Shown: positions 9,501 through 19,004, numbered from the stretch's first letter. The stretch: 64,000 nt of DNA from Escherichia coli O157:H7 str. 2011EL-2287 (GCA_000614405.2 GCA_000614405.2_3612.1), one strand, 5' to 3'. Program-made: numbers and translations. Notes: a model not told the origin generated them from the letters alone.

Positions 9501-12202
9501 ACGCTGTTGACCCATACATAAATTTCGCAGCTTTGCATGCGAATATGGATGGTGCAAGGTATCCGTTCGACGTTCCAGTTGCCAATGGGTACAAACGTGT
9601 TGTGATGATCATTAAGTGCGACCTGATAGGTAAACAAGTTCTTGCAGAAAACGGGACATCCACACATCCTTTTGAGATCGCTCTGCACTATCAGTTTGCT
9701 GACTCACCTTTTGCAGGGGATAAGAGAATATCTGATACAGACGCACAGCGTTGTAAGAAAGTATTGTTGGGTGCAGGTTGGTGGTGGTATGAGTTTGATT
9801 TAACAGATAAGTTCACAGATGATACCAAGACTCTCACAGGTATCCGTCTGGATCTTGGTGAGAACATGCACAAAGCTGTTTGTGATGGCACCTACGGTGA
9901 TCCTACAGTATACTTGAAGTATGTCTCTCTTGAGCATCCAGAGGATGCCGTAATCGGTCCTAAACTGAAATTATTCGGCGCATGGATTGCCAAGGATAGA
10001 GTAGGTATGGGTAAGAAAGTGAGAGGATTCCTGATAGATGCAGGAACAGAGGACATGCTGGTTAATGCAGTGTGGCCTACGCTAGAAGGAACTGCCTACA
10101 ACAATGCAGCCAGGTCTATAAATTGGTTCAACATTCACAGAGCTATGTGGACTACCAACTGCTACTTGTGGAGAGAGCTCAACGATCAGGCCTTTGGCTT
10201 TAGTAACGGCAGAAGGATGGCGATCATCTGCTGGACAACACTGCAAAGATGTTATGACCATGACTACGAGATTGGCGGTAGAGCATGGAAAGATATCCGA
10301 GATAGAATCATATACAATTTTGCAGATGATAATGGTGGCGGGGCATATAACTTTGGCACAAGCCGACTTATCCACTTGAACGGATCTTCAGCCTACAAGA
10401 AAGAAGGTTACTCTGGATCCATGATCGAGTGGGGTCTGGTGAAAGATGCTCGCGTATTGATGGGCCAGCAACTTGCTGCCGCAATAGGTCCCAGCGCAGT
10501 GCAGTCGGTTAAACCAGCGTGGTTTGATATTCCATTGTGGTCACCCGGAACACCGGGAACTGCTGCAATCAACCCTACCACTGGGGATCTAGAAATCTCC
10601 TGGGAGGACTTGAAGCAGGTCGGCGGTTGGGACAAAACAGGGTATCAGGTTCAGTGGTGGAGAGCTGATGGATCTTTAGCTGCTGATGAGTTTGTTAAGG
10701 ACAATTTCTACACTATGTCCTCTGCAAAAGCACAGCAATTATTTGGTCAGGCCACTCCGTCAACAATCACCATGTCTATGTGCTGTAAAGACAACAGGAC
10801 TGGAGCTTTGGGGCCAAGGGTTGCTAAGGTTTTCTCAGGTATTAAATGGAATCTTCCTGTTCAAAGTGTTTCATGGAAGCAAATAGGTGATAACAAGCTG
10901 CTGGTTACCCCTGCCTGTCAGTTCAACGCAACTCTTAACGTTAATCCTGCTGTTGCGGCAAACTCAGCTAAAGCTTCTGACTTCTCTGTGTCTAACACCG
11001 CTATGGCAGATGTGAGGAAGATTGACACACTGAACGCCAGAATTACCTGTAAAAACACTTATGGCACATTCCAGATCATCAACAACTTCACAGATGCTGA
11101 TTCTAAGGTAGTGAGGACAGCAAGCCAGACTTTGAGTTTAGGAACTCTGGCCTATGCGGCCCTGATCACTGAACAGTCGGCAACACTCCAAGGAGGTGGT
11201 GTAGGCAAGTCCATTACAACACCTGTGTGGAAGCCAAATGAGTGGGTTGTGTTTGATTTGACTGTGGACTTCTCCAGCGATAATAACTGGACATGGGTAA
11301 GGAATTGTTTGTCACAGTTGATGGGCGGTCCAAGCTCCGTTAGTGATAGTCACGACTCTACTGACCCGAGTGTGTTCCAGGTAGGTAAAACTCACCCAGA
11401 GACTGGAGAAACGTTGCCTGACAGGAAGTATGCTTTGGTTTGCATCTCTTACGGAAAAGCAGATGTCACCTTCTCAGGGACACACACTTATAACGGAACT
11501 TACAACTTCTCAAGGAAGTATAGTCTCAAAGCAGGGAACATTATAGACGAGGTTGGTGTGCTGTATAATCCGGGCAACGGCATAGGGATTGTTGGTGGTA
11601 AACTGCAGATGCAGGAACCTTCTATTACCCCTTCCAACGTAGCCGGGATTAGAAAGACTTGGGAAAGTAGTAATACCAACATTGCAACAGTGGATGCCAC
11701 CACAGGACTGGTAACATTTAAAGCTACTGGGAATGTCACCATAAAGTTTGTAGTTACTGATGATGCAGGGCGCAAAACGTCTTCAACATCTTTTACTGTC
11801 AAACAGATGGCACCACAGTGGAGAATGTGGATAGGTACAGCAACAAACGGGGCATACCCTAATCCGGCAGGTACTTCTGGTATGAAGACTTTCTCTACAA
11901 GCAAACCGATGGAGTACGGCAGCGGTCCTAAGGTAGGGCAGATGGTGTACTTTGGTGCGTATATTCCTGAAATTATAGGGCTTCCGAGAAGTCAGCTTCA
12001 GTTGCTGTTTGGGGCTGGTGTTGACGATCTTGCCACTTTCGGGTATAGCGACAACATCGAGGCTGCAAGGAGTTCAGGATGGGTAGGGTTCAGAATGGAG
12101 CCTGGAAAGGAAGGCAGGATTCTAGGGACAGCCTCTATAGGTGTTATGTTCCCTGGTGACCAGCAGTATCGTCTAGAAGCCTACGCAACCTTTTCTCGTT
12201 AA
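6566..12202 (+). CDS. giant virion/tail-associated protein with Ig-like (Big_2-type) domain
   Basis: 1878-aa ORF; Ig-like segment (TWESSNTNIATVDATTGLVTFKATGNVTIKFVVTDDAG); N-terminal Gly-rich repeats; last gene of late operon. Confidence 0.55.
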   Translation: MLPIPLLKLGRHFLDKRGGIKELAVLSYPIDNSDGTSNTVSYVNSLAILFDDGQLNITGYNRFGECRTGDLDTINYPNEAAWNVDHVWRADRAFVIRTFDNKFFYIGCTAGLIGSEAAGGNDVCVREWTPLPEQIVTGLHLDTHPERLVEVMGGVNNTVWVIAAPEADGMLHLYGSGNNTYGSLHVDKSQHATPVKIGETSESPETGPWKNPRINCEVHDNSVIFGGPNGFWIAGYDFLRNNSKNTLVYPAEHVTLDQFKGIPVGETWKGFMCGPNGAIIATERMHKPDDQQLVNVFYGQDVWGDDTWRSLNITYTHEVIMARGYGTSGIFFNNGTKQYRGFSRNLCNDIGAQSANNSPRANFIHYRALATAKFVEQTEPVSWTESVYFQGIHREGFLGTFCVVNGKLWWSGIPRGSFSGSNNLFGGRLNSQGFTEIPENWYKNVPVDSWGIEDIFDVNGVSNVSNIYIGDTVKMKLKPQPEGATFIIDKIELVNAAGTVVTDANYQFSTNWNHGGANEVVVTQYNRNINRRGLYSIKITYHDKHGTGRTYTTRTLNWNTIVPAYPSNGKWHTVGRNKQFHVNDTVYFGLNGTQPAVEGDTSYMVRLHRMDAGSVTYDVTQEIYDQRRATYDNIVKTQALWEFNPNGKGGKMLQVNEQNGTSLTVHEHPDPWPDPGKPHPGARTLKIVSHDAGYFGIRWEATVRYVDGTTNNIGITLGGTSEDNSLKIAYTPRGISIDNMDVVRNGYGDVNVKVTLGEHLGGERIIMYAFDHDPRTNGTYANQAWSYLINAPEPNTKEFYYGMKRDVCKKTGTHDWIAICVKDERTAWDEPVNRWFIGIPTRSDKYVAEYIVCMGGTNLNMCWNEDVNKYSDYDYMRDYSCNLWFNQTTGYPPRQARVNPAIFTDTQVFLTKQANEVQTFKNNYDPNKWFYNCYGAYFWGPAELPDSGSCFEAATYGSDYIMGQVKKYKMIPGPETLGNAVDPYINFAALHANMDGARYPFDVPVANGYKRVVMIIKCDLIGKQVLAENGTSTHPFEIALHYQFADSPFAGDKRISDTDAQRCKKVLLGAGWWWYEFDLTDKFTDDTKTLTGIRLDLGENMHKAVCDGTYGDPTVYLKYVSLEHPEDAVIGPKLKLFGAWIAKDRVGMGKKVRGFLIDAGTEDMLVNAVWPTLEGTAYNNAARSINWFNIHRAMWTTNCYLWRELNDQAFGFSNGRRMAIICWTTLQRCYDHDYEIGGRAWKDIRDRIIYNFADDNGGGAYNFGTSRLIHLNGSSAYKKEGYSGSMIEWGLVKDARVLMGQQLAAAIGPSAVQSVKPAWFDIPLWSPGTPGTAAINPTTGDLEISWEDLKQVGGWDKTGYQVQWWRADGSLAADEFVKDNFYTMSSAKAQQLFGQATPSTITMSMCCKDNRTGALGPRVAKVFSGIKWNLPVQSVSWKQIGDNKLLVTPACQFNATLNVNPAVAANSAKASDFSVSNTAMADVRKIDTLNARITCKNTYGTFQIINNFTDADSKVVRTASQTLSLGTLAYAALITEQSATLQGGGVGKSITTPVWKPNEWVVFDLTVDFSSDNNWTWVRNCLSQLMGGPSSVSDSHDSTDPSVFQVGKTHPETGETLPDRKYALVCISYGKADVTFSGTHTYNGTYNFSRKYSLKAGNIIDEVGVLYNPGNGIGIVGGKLQMQEPSITPSNVAGIRKTWESSNTNIATVDATTGLVTFKATGNVTIKFVVTDDAGRKTSSTSFTVKQMAPQWRMWIGTATNGAYPNPAGTSGMKTFSTSKPMEYGSGPKVGQMVYFGAYIPEIIGLPRSQLQLLFGAGVDDLATFGYSDNIEAARSSGWVGFRMEPGKEGRILGTASIGVMFPGDQQYRLEAYATFSR

Positions 12203-12218
12203 CAAGAGGGGGTAAATA

Positions 12219-12250
12219 AAAAGGGGCCAAACGGCCCCTTTCTTTTTATA
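12219..12250. terminator. bidirectional rho-independent terminator
   Basis: Hairpin AAGGGGCC-AAAC-GGCCCCTT flanked by T-run on + strand and A-run (T-run on - strand); sits between convergent clusters. Confidence 0.6.
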
Positions 12251-12251
12251 G

Positions 12252-12452
12252 TTAGTAATACTCCCAACATGCACCATCTTCAGACGGCTTGACGCGCTTA
12301 CCTTTATGGTCAACATAGGTATAGCCACAACCTTCACAAATAACAGGTGCTGCATAGCCTTCCTTCCACTGATCCTCAGTGATCAGACCTTCCAAATCTT
12401 TGCAGTCAAAGCCAAACAACTCTTCAGAGCAATCTTTACAAAAATCAGCCAT
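12252..12452 (-). CDS. zinc-ribbon protein
   Basis: CxxC ... CxxC cysteine pairs (CKDC, CEGC) in a 66-aa ORF. Confidence 0.45.
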   Translation of the reverse strand: MADFCKDCSEELFGFDCKDLEGLITEDQWKEGYAAPVICEGCGYTYVDHKGKRVKPSEDGACWEYY

Positions 12453-12455
12453 TTC

Positions 12456-12863
12456 TCAGTCCTCGCATTTAACAAATTTTTCTACAGATCCACCAAGCAC
12501 AGCTTGTTGTTTGATGGCACTTTCTTCATCATAGTGAATAGACTTATGTTCCGTACCTCCAAACTTACCTGTGTGGAAGGTGTGCACCCAAATCTCTTTA
12601 GGAAGGGATTTATTCTCTTCTTCCACCAACTCCCACATTCCCCATAAGTGATCTGTGATATCTCTGATGAAATATCCCTCGCCTAGGTTTGTATTCACAC
12701 TATAAGCTGATTCGTGATCTCCACAAATATAACGGAAGGCTGTGTACTCTTTACCTGGTGTGAAGTGGGTATCCATTAGTATAGCTGTTAAAGAATAAGG
12801 GTCTCGAAAGCCCAAGAACTTTAGTTTAACAATTTCGACATTCACACTTGCAAGATTCTCCAT
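12456..12863 (-). CDS. hypothetical protein
   Basis: ORF tightly packed with neighbours; no motif recognised. Confidence 0.4.
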   Translation of the reverse strand: MENLASVNVEIVKLKFLGFRDPYSLTAILMDTHFTPGKEYTAFRYICGDHESAYSVNTNLGEGYFIRDITDHLWGMWELVEEENKSLPKEIWVHTFHTGKFGGTEHKSIHYDEESAIKQQAVLGGSVEKFVKCED

Positions 12864-13026
12864 GGCAGTCTCCTCTGTTTGGTTGGTGAGATAATCCTAT
12901 ACAAATCTGTTGTTGGTGTCAAGATTAATTTTAAGAGATCTGAGAGGGTATTTTATTCAGGAAGGCAATCGCACAGGGTGGGGCAATTTATGAAGGCACA
13001 GGCCTCGTTTGAGGCCTTAAATTATA

Positions 13027-13407
13027 TTATGACACTTTGACATAGCGCTCTGACAAAGCTGGGAAGCCAAAAGTAGTGCCTATACTACCATAGGCTATCC
13101 ACCATTGAAGTTCATCGTGACACCATTTTCCGATCAGGAAGGTGCTGGGATAGCGGGTCAGTATTTTGGCATAAGCTTTAGGATCTGCATCTTCTGGGAT
13201 AATGATGCTTGGAACATCTTTGTTATGACCACAGCAGCAGTTTAGCGTTTTCAATCCTGCCGCCCATAGACTCATGATAGGCTTAGCCATGCACTTATCA
13301 AGGCACACACGTTTTTTGCCGTCACGGAGCTTTTTAGGCACATCAACGATAACATTTTGATGCTTGGCACCTTTCACTTTCCAATTATAGGATTTACACT
13401 TGCACAT
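13027..13407 (-). CDS. cysteine-rich hypothetical protein
   Basis: Multiple Cys clusters (CKCK, CLDKC, NCCCGHN). Confidence 0.4.
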   Translation of the reverse strand: MCKCKSYNWKVKGAKHQNVIVDVPKKLRDGKKRVCLDKCMAKPIMSLWAAGLKTLNCCCGHNKDVPSIIIPEDADPKAYAKILTRYPSTFLIGKWCHDELQWWIAYGSIGTTFGFPALSERYVKVS

Positions 13408-13434
13408 TTAATCAGTCTCCATCTAGAAAGCAAT

Positions 13435-13608
13435 ACTTTACTTAAAATCTTTGTCACCTATTACGATTGCACGAATCCACTCATTGTGATGTTCAATGGC
13501 GGTAAGGTGTAACATAATGCAGTGATTGTCATTACCAAACACGGTGCGGTAAGCTTTAGCAGCACCATGATATAACTTCCACATCAGGTAATGATATCTT
13601 AGCCTCAT
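13435..13608 (-). CDS. small hypothetical protein (57 aa)
   Basis: Below ORF-track threshold; start codon overlaps stop of upstream gene (ATGA) suggesting translational coupling. Confidence 0.3.
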
Positions 13609-14084
13609 GGCTCTTTCTCCGGTTCAGGATCTGGGTAATCTTCAATAATAAAAGGCCATCCATTACGCTTTGCTTCAGACTTATACTTAATCTCCTTCAT
13701 TGCAAACTCTAATTGATTCTTAGCCGGAATACATGCCGGAGAATCATCAATCCAGATATCTGGGTAGATATCAAACTGAGCCAGATAGGCTGCCTTCTGA
13801 ACACCTCCAGTATAAAACACACCAACATCAAGCTCCTTGCGCCAATACTCAATGTCTACATTGTCTTGAGTAATGAATCGGAAAGTCACAAGGTAGACTG
13901 CCCACCCCTCCTTCTTCAGATCCCTGATCAGGCGGGAGAAGATGAAAGGGCTCGCATTAAACGTTCCATCAAAGTCAATGGCAATGATGTGCGTGCCGTG
14001 GCGAGTCTCATATGGATTGCTTGTGGTAAGATTGCTGTAGTTAAAAGGAACTTCTTCCCCGCAGTAGCTGTAGTCCATATTCAC
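13605..14084 (-). CDS. HAD-superfamily phosphatase
   Basis: HAD motif I IAIDFDGT and distal IWIDD motif. Confidence 0.6.
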   Translation of the reverse strand: MNMDYSYCGEEVPFNYSNLTTSNPYETRHGTHIIAIDFDGTFNASPFIFSRLIRDLKKEGWAVYLVTFRFITQDNVDIEYWRKELDVGVFYTGGVQKAAYLAQFDIYPDIWIDDSPACIPAKNQLEFAMKEIKYKSEAKRNGWPFIIEDYPDPEPEKEP

Positions 14085-14356
14085 ACCTTCTCGTTGATAA
14101 ATTTACGGGCGGTTTGGTGAGTTGTTTCTGCTGTCTTCAGAATGATATTAATCTTATTGTCAAGATCATTCATCTCTGCAGTTAATTCAGGAATCTCTCC
14201 GGCATGCATAGTGAAATCATACATAGACATGCCCAGAATCTCATTGATTCGGCGGTTGCATTCTGCAGCACGCTGGTTCATTTTCCAAGCTAACACCAGA
14301 GCCTCTTGCGTAGCCTCCAGTGCAAAGTCTAATACGTCAGCTTCTTCTTTCGTCAT
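14081..14356 (-). CDS. hypothetical protein
   Basis: Overlapping stop/start with neighbours in leftward operon. Confidence 0.4.
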   Translation of the reverse strand: MTKEEADVLDFALEATQEALVLAWKMNQRAAECNRRINEILGMSMYDFTMHAGEIPELTAEMNDLDNKINIILKTAETTHQTARKFINEKV

Positions 14357-14411
14357 CTCAGTCTCTCTTGTTGTATTGTTGGTAGGTGCATGAACACCTT
14401 ATATCTCACTT

Positions 14412-14978
14412 TTATTCAAACTGCAATAGCAAGTCCACCACCGCACTAGGCCTGTCAACAAATTCCCCAGGCCCACATGCCCATAGAGGGTATCCATCAA
14501 CATACCGCCATATCCAACCTGCAGTGTGAAGCTCAAGCAGGGCAGTGCCGTCCTTACTGTCAACCACCCTTTCCCACAGTGTTGGGCAGCGAAGCTTGAG
14601 AATCGGGTCCCCGCCCTTATACCCGTCCATGTAGATACCCATTGCAAAGTTCAGCATCATCTTTTTGTGCACTGATCTCTTACTGAGAGTGCTCATCACT
14701 TCCTCTTTGTGAATGTTTGTAAGCTTCTCCTTGGCTACCCGCAGATTGTTGCAACCATTGTTCAGCAGATCTTCCAGACACTTGATCCGAAGGTCGTGAA
14801 TGTCTTTGTCGTGTACCGTTGGCACAGGGTCGTAGCGGTATAGCACTGTTGATACAAGGTTGCTCGGGTGTGGGTCTGACAGCAACCCATAACCCCAATA
14901 CTCTTCTGTATCTGAAAGGACAAGACACCCAATGTCTCTGTCAAGCTTTCCTGTGTTGTAAGCCACATTGACCGCCAT
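14412..14978 (-). CDS. hypothetical protein
   Basis: 188-aa ORF in operon context. Confidence 0.4.
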   Translation of the reverse strand: MAVNVAYNTGKLDRDIGCLVLSDTEEYWGYGLLSDPHPSNLVSTVLYRYDPVPTVHDKDIHDLRIKCLEDLLNNGCNNLRVAKEKLTNIHKEEVMSTLSKRSVHKKMMLNFAMGIYMDGYKGGDPILKLRCPTLWERVVDSKDGTALLELHTAGWIWRYVDGYPLWACGPGEFVDRPSAVVDLLLQFE

Positions 14979-14980
14979 GA

Positions 14981-15226
14981 CTATAGCTCCACTAGCAAAG
15001 TGCTTTCAAAGTGCCGTTCATGCAAACCGTTGTAAGGGACCACTTCTACAACGCCATCACGGACATATGGGGCCATCATGGTGGTATAATCTCCAAACGG
15101 GTTGGTATTGTCACTAACCACAACCACCTTCTGCCCTTCCTTGGCAGAGTGCCAAATAGATCTGCACTTCATCAGGTGTTCGAGAGCTCCAGGTAAAATT
15201 TTGTTACGTTCTTTACGGGTCTTCAT
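14981..15226 (-). CDS. hypothetical protein
   Basis: ORF in operon context. Confidence 0.35.
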   Translation of the reverse strand: MKTRKERNKILPGALEHLMKCRSIWHSAKEGQKVVVVSDNTNPFGDYTTMMAPYVRDGVVEVVPYNGLHERHFESTLLVEL

Positions 15227-15672
15227 AACAGATATAGCTCCTTATGAAAGTGGTCTTTTAATTTCTCACTGAGAAACTTCTTGATACCTTCCTCTAAAGT
15301 GTTTTCGATGTAGTCCAGCTTAACTGCTTCGATGGACATATCATAGATCGCCAGCTCTAAGCTGTCAAGTCCCATCATAGCATGAACCATAAGATTTTCA
15401 TCTTCAGATACATTCAGGGGACTTCCTATAACATCTGTAGGTAGGATAGTTTCCCAATTATTCTGGGGGGTAGTTCTCCCACCATCCACTTTACGGCGCA
15501 GTTCGAAGGTGTTCTTAGTGTAGAACACTTCATAAGAAACGATACGACTATCGCTCTCATAATAAACGAAGTTCAGGTAGGAGCCTAGCCGCAGTCGGCA
15601 AACTTCTACCCCAAACCATTGTTTCTTATAAGAATTCAGGCTAATGCTGTCGCATTCACGCTTGCTCAACAC
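15223..15672 (-). CDS. hypothetical protein
   Basis: ORF with overlapping stop/start. Confidence 0.4.
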   Translation of the reverse strand: MLSKRECDSISLNSYKKQWFGVEVCRLRLGSYLNFVYYESDSRIVSYEVFYTKNTFELRRKVDGGRTTPQNNWETILPTDVIGSPLNVSEDENLMVHAMMGLDSLELAIYDMSIEAVKLDYIENTLEEGIKKFLSEKLKDHFHKELYLL

Positions 15673-15688
15673 GGCTATCTCCTTTTTG

Positions 15689-15922
15689 TTAATCTTCGTA
15701 AATCAGGATTTCTGCTTTAGGTTTTCGTGCTTTCAAGTTCAGCTCTATCCAGTGCACCATAGCTGTTTCAAGAAAAACAGCTTGGATGCATCCGTCCTCA
15801 GCGTGCCCCACCAACATAACAAGATCTTCACCTTCGTCATCTGCATCACGAACATACAGAATCTCTCCAGATTCAAAGTCTTTCACAACCTGATTGCTGG
15901 ATAATTTACGAATTTTTGCCAT
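15689..15922 (-). CDS. hypothetical protein
   Basis: ORF in operon context. Confidence 0.35.
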   Translation of the reverse strand: MAKIRKLSSNQVVKDFESGEILYVRDADDEGEDLVMLVGHAEDGCIQAVFLETAMVHWIELNLKARKPKAEILIYED

Positions 15923-15923
15923 A

Positions 15924-16187
15924 TCAGAAACCCTCTAAAAAGCTCTTGTAGAAAATAATTTCAGTATCAACACCAGTCACGATCTTGTCGTTCCTGATTT
16001 CATCGGTAAGATAGGTGTCAAAACGCAGAACCTGTGTGGTATTGTCGCACATCCACTCAGCTGTGACCATGGCGAAAATCTTAGCATCTTCATTATCTGG
16101 TGTAAATGTTACCACCTCACCACATTTAAATTTTTCGATAGGTTGCGTGTTAGCTTTCGGTTCTGCAATAGTGATTTTCGTGGTCAT
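15924..16187 (-). CDS. hypothetical protein
   Basis: ORF in operon context. Confidence 0.35.
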   Translation of the reverse strand: MTTKITIAEPKANTQPIEKFKCGEVVTFTPDNEDAKIFAMVTAEWMCDNTTQVLRFDTYLTDEIRNDKIVTGVDTEIIFYKSFLEGF

Positions 16188-16453
16188 TACTCTTCCTCCA
16201 TAGTTTCACCAAATACTTCGATACGAGCATCGAGCTCGGTTGCTTTCAGCTCCCCAACAAAATATTTTAGTTCTTTCTTGTCCAGATCGTAAGCCCACAC
16301 ACAAGAAGAACATGCAGATTTCACAATCAGCAGCGTAGATACACGACCTGACTCTGTGATCATGCTCACAATGGTTCCCACAGGGAACGTGTTGATAGCT
16401 TTTTTAACTGGGCGTTCAGCTTTAATTACTACCTCTGTTGCCATAAATAACAT
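16187..16453 (-). CDS. hypothetical protein
   Basis: ORF in operon context. Confidence 0.35.
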   Translation of the reverse strand: MLFMATEVVIKAERPVKKAINTFPVGTIVSMITESGRVSTLLIVKSACSSCVWAYDLDKKELKYFVGELKATELDARIEVFGETMEEE

Positions 16454-16459
16454 CCTCTC

Positions 16460-17941
16460 TTACTTAGCGTACTCGATTAATTCCACAGTTTTCCCAAAGC
16501 TAGGGATATAATTTTTATTATACCCTTCGGTGAGAACCCATAAAGTATCGTACTTTTTCCACTTGTTGTCAACAGCCTTTTGTTCAAAGTTATGCTCAAA
16601 GTATAGGTCGGTCAGGACGATGACATCTTTTGCATTCGGTATGTTGGCATCCAGATACTCGAACACGCAAGCAGCTGTTGTGCCCCATGTTGAGTGTACC
16701 TCATAGTTGATCATCTCGTCTATGTTGCCGCGAGTGTATACTTTAACCTCTCCGACTTCAGTTGACCAACAGAACATTGTAACCTTAAACTCTTTATACA
16801 GATTGCACAATCCGGTGATTTCATTGAACATTTTCTTTAAAGTTCTTTGAGAGATCGAGCCAGAAACGTCTAAAGCTACCACAATATCTATGGTGTTTTC
16901 CGGATTACGACCAGGAACAATAACGTGCTGGTTCTTGTTTATAGCCCCAACTTTTCGCATTGTGCTGGTCAAAGACCCAGATCGGCGACCAGGTTTTCTG
17001 TAGGTCAGTTCAGCCTTTCGTTTAGACAACATGCGTTGCTTGATGATGTCTATATAATTAATTACAGGCTTACCTCTATTCTTGACAAACTCACGAACCG
17101 CCTCAGGGCAACGGCCTCCGGAAGCTTGCATTGCTGCCTCCAGCATGTCACCAGAGTCCTGCATGGCCTGATCTTTATCAGATTGACTGATTACAGGTTG
17201 TGGCTGATCATACCCCATAGCCTTTCCAAGATCATCACTGGTGCCACCGTTACCACTCATGTGATCATCGGTTTGTCGCTTATCTTCTTGAGAGTTCTCA
17301 CCTTTACCGCTCTTACTTTTACCGTTATTCTGATCTCTTTGCTTATCAAGAACTGCATAAACGTTCTCAGCAATCCATCCATGAAACTTCATGTCGCAGT
17401 AGCAGCTGGCTAAGAAGCCAAAAGGCTTACCTTTCACGAACGTAGTGCTTTTCCCCTTCGAGAAGAAAACACAAGGAGGTTTGCTAAAGTCAACCACAAG
17501 GCCTGTGTTGATAACGTGATCACAAGCAATATTGAACAGTTCCGGCTCAAAGCTTTTACCACGGACCAGGTGATCACAGATAATATGCCCCACCTCATGC
17601 GACAGAAGAAAGGCCACCTCTTTCACAGATTTGGGGGAATAGAAAACCTCAGCCATCTCAAACTGCTTGTCAGTTAGAGAGGCCTTAAGAATAGCCTTGC
17701 GTTCATCAGCCAATCCCATAATGAACTCAGGGCTGTAATAGATGCGTTTATGGTCGGTTGCCATGGTGGAGCACCATGTGTGGTTTTCTACGAACTGCAA
17801 CCCTGACAGCAGTGTGCCATAAAACGGCAGCTTTTCAAGGAGATACATACGTGCAGCCTGCAACATTCTCAGGGCATCATCTTTCTGTGAGGCAACGATT
17901 TCTGAACTTCTGCTATCCATTAAAACTCCAGAAGGGGCCAT
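16460..17941 (-). CDS. vWA-domain protein with N-terminal HExxH metallopeptidase-like domain (DUF2201-type)
   Basis: HEVGHIICDH zinc-binding motif in N-terminal half; MIDAS motif IVVALDVSGSI in C-terminal half. Confidence 0.75.
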   Translation of the reverse strand: MAPSGVLMDSRSSEIVASQKDDALRMLQAARMYLLEKLPFYGTLLSGLQFVENHTWCSTMATDHKRIYYSPEFIMGLADERKAILKASLTDKQFEMAEVFYSPKSVKEVAFLLSHEVGHIICDHLVRGKSFEPELFNIACDHVINTGLVVDFSKPPCVFFSKGKSTTFVKGKPFGFLASCYCDMKFHGWIAENVYAVLDKQRDQNNGKSKSGKGENSQEDKRQTDDHMSGNGGTSDDLGKAMGYDQPQPVISQSDKDQAMQDSGDMLEAAMQASGGRCPEAVREFVKNRGKPVINYIDIIKQRMLSKRKAELTYRKPGRRSGSLTSTMRKVGAINKNQHVIVPGRNPENTIDIVVALDVSGSISQRTLKKMFNEITGLCNLYKEFKVTMFCWSTEVGEVKVYTRGNIDEMINYEVHSTWGTTAACVFEYLDANIPNAKDVIVLTDLYFEHNFEQKAVDNKWKKYDTLWVLTEGYNKNYIPSFGKTVELIEYAK

Positions 17942-17953
17942 TGGCCCCTGTCA

Positions 17954-18997
17954 TTATTTAACGTGTTTGAAAATACCTGCCAACTCGGTCATTGTCATGC
18001 GGGTGGTCTTCATAAGATCTGTCATAGCTTTCTCCATAATTGGAGATACTACCATAAAGTTTCCTTTAGTGAAACCTTTATTCCAGTCAGTCACCAACAG
18101 CGGTTTAAGTCCAGCTCCGAGACGTTCACCAGTTAAAGCACAGCATTTGCGAATATACGAACCCTTAAATTGGCTGAACGACAGATCAACTTTCATACCT
18201 GCATCGTAGAACGTTTGACAATAGAAAGTGTAAGCCTTAGCAATCTCAACATCATCAGGCAGTGCAGGAACCTCTTCTGCAATCTCCTCTTCGACCTCCT
18301 GAGGCTCTTTTTCTTCTTCAGAGGTCTGTTCTTCAATTTCTTCTGTCACAGTCTCGTTTACGATGTCTGAAATGTGTTTGTTGGCTGCACGATCAGCCAT
18401 GAAATTTTTAAAATCCTGCATCGGTGACATATCTTCTTCCTCTTCGTCAAATAGTGCTAGTTTATCTTCTTCTGTCCCGTATTGCAAGATGAAATCTTCA
18501 AAAGTATAATCACCTTTCAATTTCTCCATACGCTCTTCGCTCAGGTGGAGCATCATCTGCTGGACAATTTTTCGATCAGTTTTGTCTTTAATCAGGATTG
18601 CAGTCTTTTTATCTACCAGACAGTCTTTCAGAGCATTGCACCTCAACCCTACCACACAACAATTGTCAATTGCGTAAGGACCTTCATCATCTATACGCTC
18701 CAGAGATGGGTAGAAAGGATTTCCCAGCCCGTTTTCATCTGTGTGCATGTCAAAAGGTATAAGGGTATAGTCGCATACTCCATCTCCTAAAAGTTTTTTA
18801 CCAAATAGGAGGTATTCTTCCCATGACAGGTCGAACTCTATATCTCGTTTCCGTGCGTTATTCTGTTTGCGTCTATATTTTTTGAGCAAGCGCTCTAACT
18901 CTTCTGGTGTATAATATTTTTCAAGATTCATGAGTCGTCTCTCGTGCTCTGTAAGTGAAGAAATCGTATCAATTGTCTCAACAGATGTCAACATCAA
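17954..18997 (-). CDS. HNH-like nuclease-fold protein with acidic linker
   Basis: SLERIDDEGPYAIDNCCVVGLRCNALK resembles HNH/His-Me finger core; long Glu-rich linker; second related C-terminal segment. Confidence 0.45.
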   Translation of the reverse strand: MMLTSVETIDTISSLTEHERRLMNLEKYYTPEELERLLKKYRRKQNNARKRDIEFDLSWEEYLLFGKKLLGDGVCDYTLIPFDMHTDENGLGNPFYPSLERIDDEGPYAIDNCCVVGLRCNALKDCLVDKKTAILIKDKTDRKIVQQMMLHLSEERMEKLKGDYTFEDFILQYGTEEDKLALFDEEEEDMSPMQDFKNFMADRAANKHISDIVNETVTEEIEEQTSEEEKEPQEVEEEIAEEVPALPDDVEIAKAYTFYCQTFYDAGMKVDLSFSQFKGSYIRKCCALTGERLGAGLKPLLVTDWNKGFTKGNFMVVSPIMEKAMTDLMKTTRMTMTELAGIFKHVK

Positions 18998-19004
18998 AAA
19001 CGTG

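Noticed and set aside
6701-11904. Numerous minus-strand ORFs (e.g. 6701-7222, 7820-8389, 8405-9007, 11500-11904) inside the giant gene
   Set aside because: Antisense shadows of the 1878-aa ORF; no RBS or independent support
13027-13407. Cys-rich ORF as an HNH endonuclease
   Set aside because: Cys pairs and a GHN triplet are present, but spacing does not clearly fit the HNH motif; left as hypothetical
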